DNA of 64,000 nt from assembly GCF_006345805.1 (NCBI RefSeq), contig NC_043001.1, positions 131,812,001 through 131,876,000 of the forward strand, written 5' to 3'. Source of the DNA: Octopus sinensis (lineage: Eukaryota). Made by a program: the position numbers and the translations under genes. This document shows, one piece after another, positions 63,156 to 64,000 of the stretch (positions within the stretch are counted from its first letter, which is position 1; each line of letters begins with the position of its first letter). The notes under the pieces were generated by a model, which saw nothing but the letters and a program-made list of their open reading frames with translations, ran no database searches and was not told the DNA's origin.

Positions 63156-64000
63156 TTCTGGGCAATAAGAAAAGTAAAAGGTATGGAGGAAAAGTTGCAA
63201 TTAAGTAGATAATGGGGATATCTTGATGAGAAAGGTAACTGTGTGAAGGGCACAGTCTTGCATAAAGACACACAGCTTAATCAAAACTCAGTTTTGCCCA
63301 GTTGGGCGGGTCTTTTCAAGAATTGCATATTATGGTCATCTCAATCCTTTGTCCTCATGTGTGTGCATGTAAGAATGTGCCTATATGTGTGTATGAATGT
63401 ATATGTGTGTAATGCAGTTCCATAGGGAAAATATGTGCTTTTAAAAAATGCATGTTTTTTTTATAGTTATTGTAAAGAATAAATATAATTATATTTTTTT
63501 TTAGAGAAATAATCTCCACCAACATTGGCCTGCATCAGAAATTTTCTATTTTTTAAGTGAGAAACTTAAGGTAAAAAAAAAAAGGAAAATATTTCAAATA
63601 TTAAAAAAAAATTTTGGAGCTTTTAATATGGCATACATCTAAATTCAATCTCACCTCATTGTTGCACACATTATATTTTAATTTCTTCATTAAATTGAGT
63701 CATTTCACGTTCAAAACTATGAGGAACAGGAATCAGTTGAAAAGAACTGTAATGTAATCAAACCTGTTTGAATTTTATCATGACTCTTGGTCTATCAAAC
63801 AAAAGAGATGGTGGAGGAATTTGAATTTAGTACCATATGCTAAAATTATCATTAATTATTATAGGTTCAAGCATGGCTGTGTGGTAAGAAGCTTGCTTCC
63901 CCAACACATGGTTTCAGGTTCAACTCCACTGCCTTGCACCATATGCAAGAGTCTTTTACTATATGAATGGGAAGCAGCTTGATACTCATATTTTCTGCCT

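Overview
Repeat-dense, AT-rich animal genomic DNA, most likely an octopus (coleoid cephalopod). This is inferred from the tRNA-derived SINE families and the very high microsatellite load; no database was searched. No complete protein-coding gene is visible. Most of the window is microsatellites, at least five SINE families and decayed transposons: an R4/Dong-like LINE, a HERO-like LINE end, CR1, RTE, Gypsy, mariner, Helitrons and several Penelope-like element (PLE) remnants. The standout is a ~2.76 kb near-perfect palindrome (58455-61215, 12-nt spacer) flanked by (TA)n. Each arm reads outward from the centre as ~920 nt of repeat-free UTR-like sequence, then the first ~90 codons of an ABCA2-like transporter with no introns, then an abrupt switch to a tail carrying a type I hammerhead ribozyme motif of the kind found in PLE terminal repeats. 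My working hypothesis is a PLE-mobilised, snap-back (hairpin-primed) retrocopy of a chimeric host mRNA. A fold-back assembly artefact must be excluded first. Other notable items: further hammerhead motifs (3684-3746, 855-915, 10662-10705); an isolated, structurally compensated 3' end of 28S rRNA (31533-31975); a nested R4/Helitron/SINE insertion whose removal rejoins the RT reading frame at both junctions; a recurrent fixed-junction 184-nt SINE multimer; and two short fold-back palindromes. All family assignments come from visual translation and recalled motifs, so boundaries of degraded elements are approximate.
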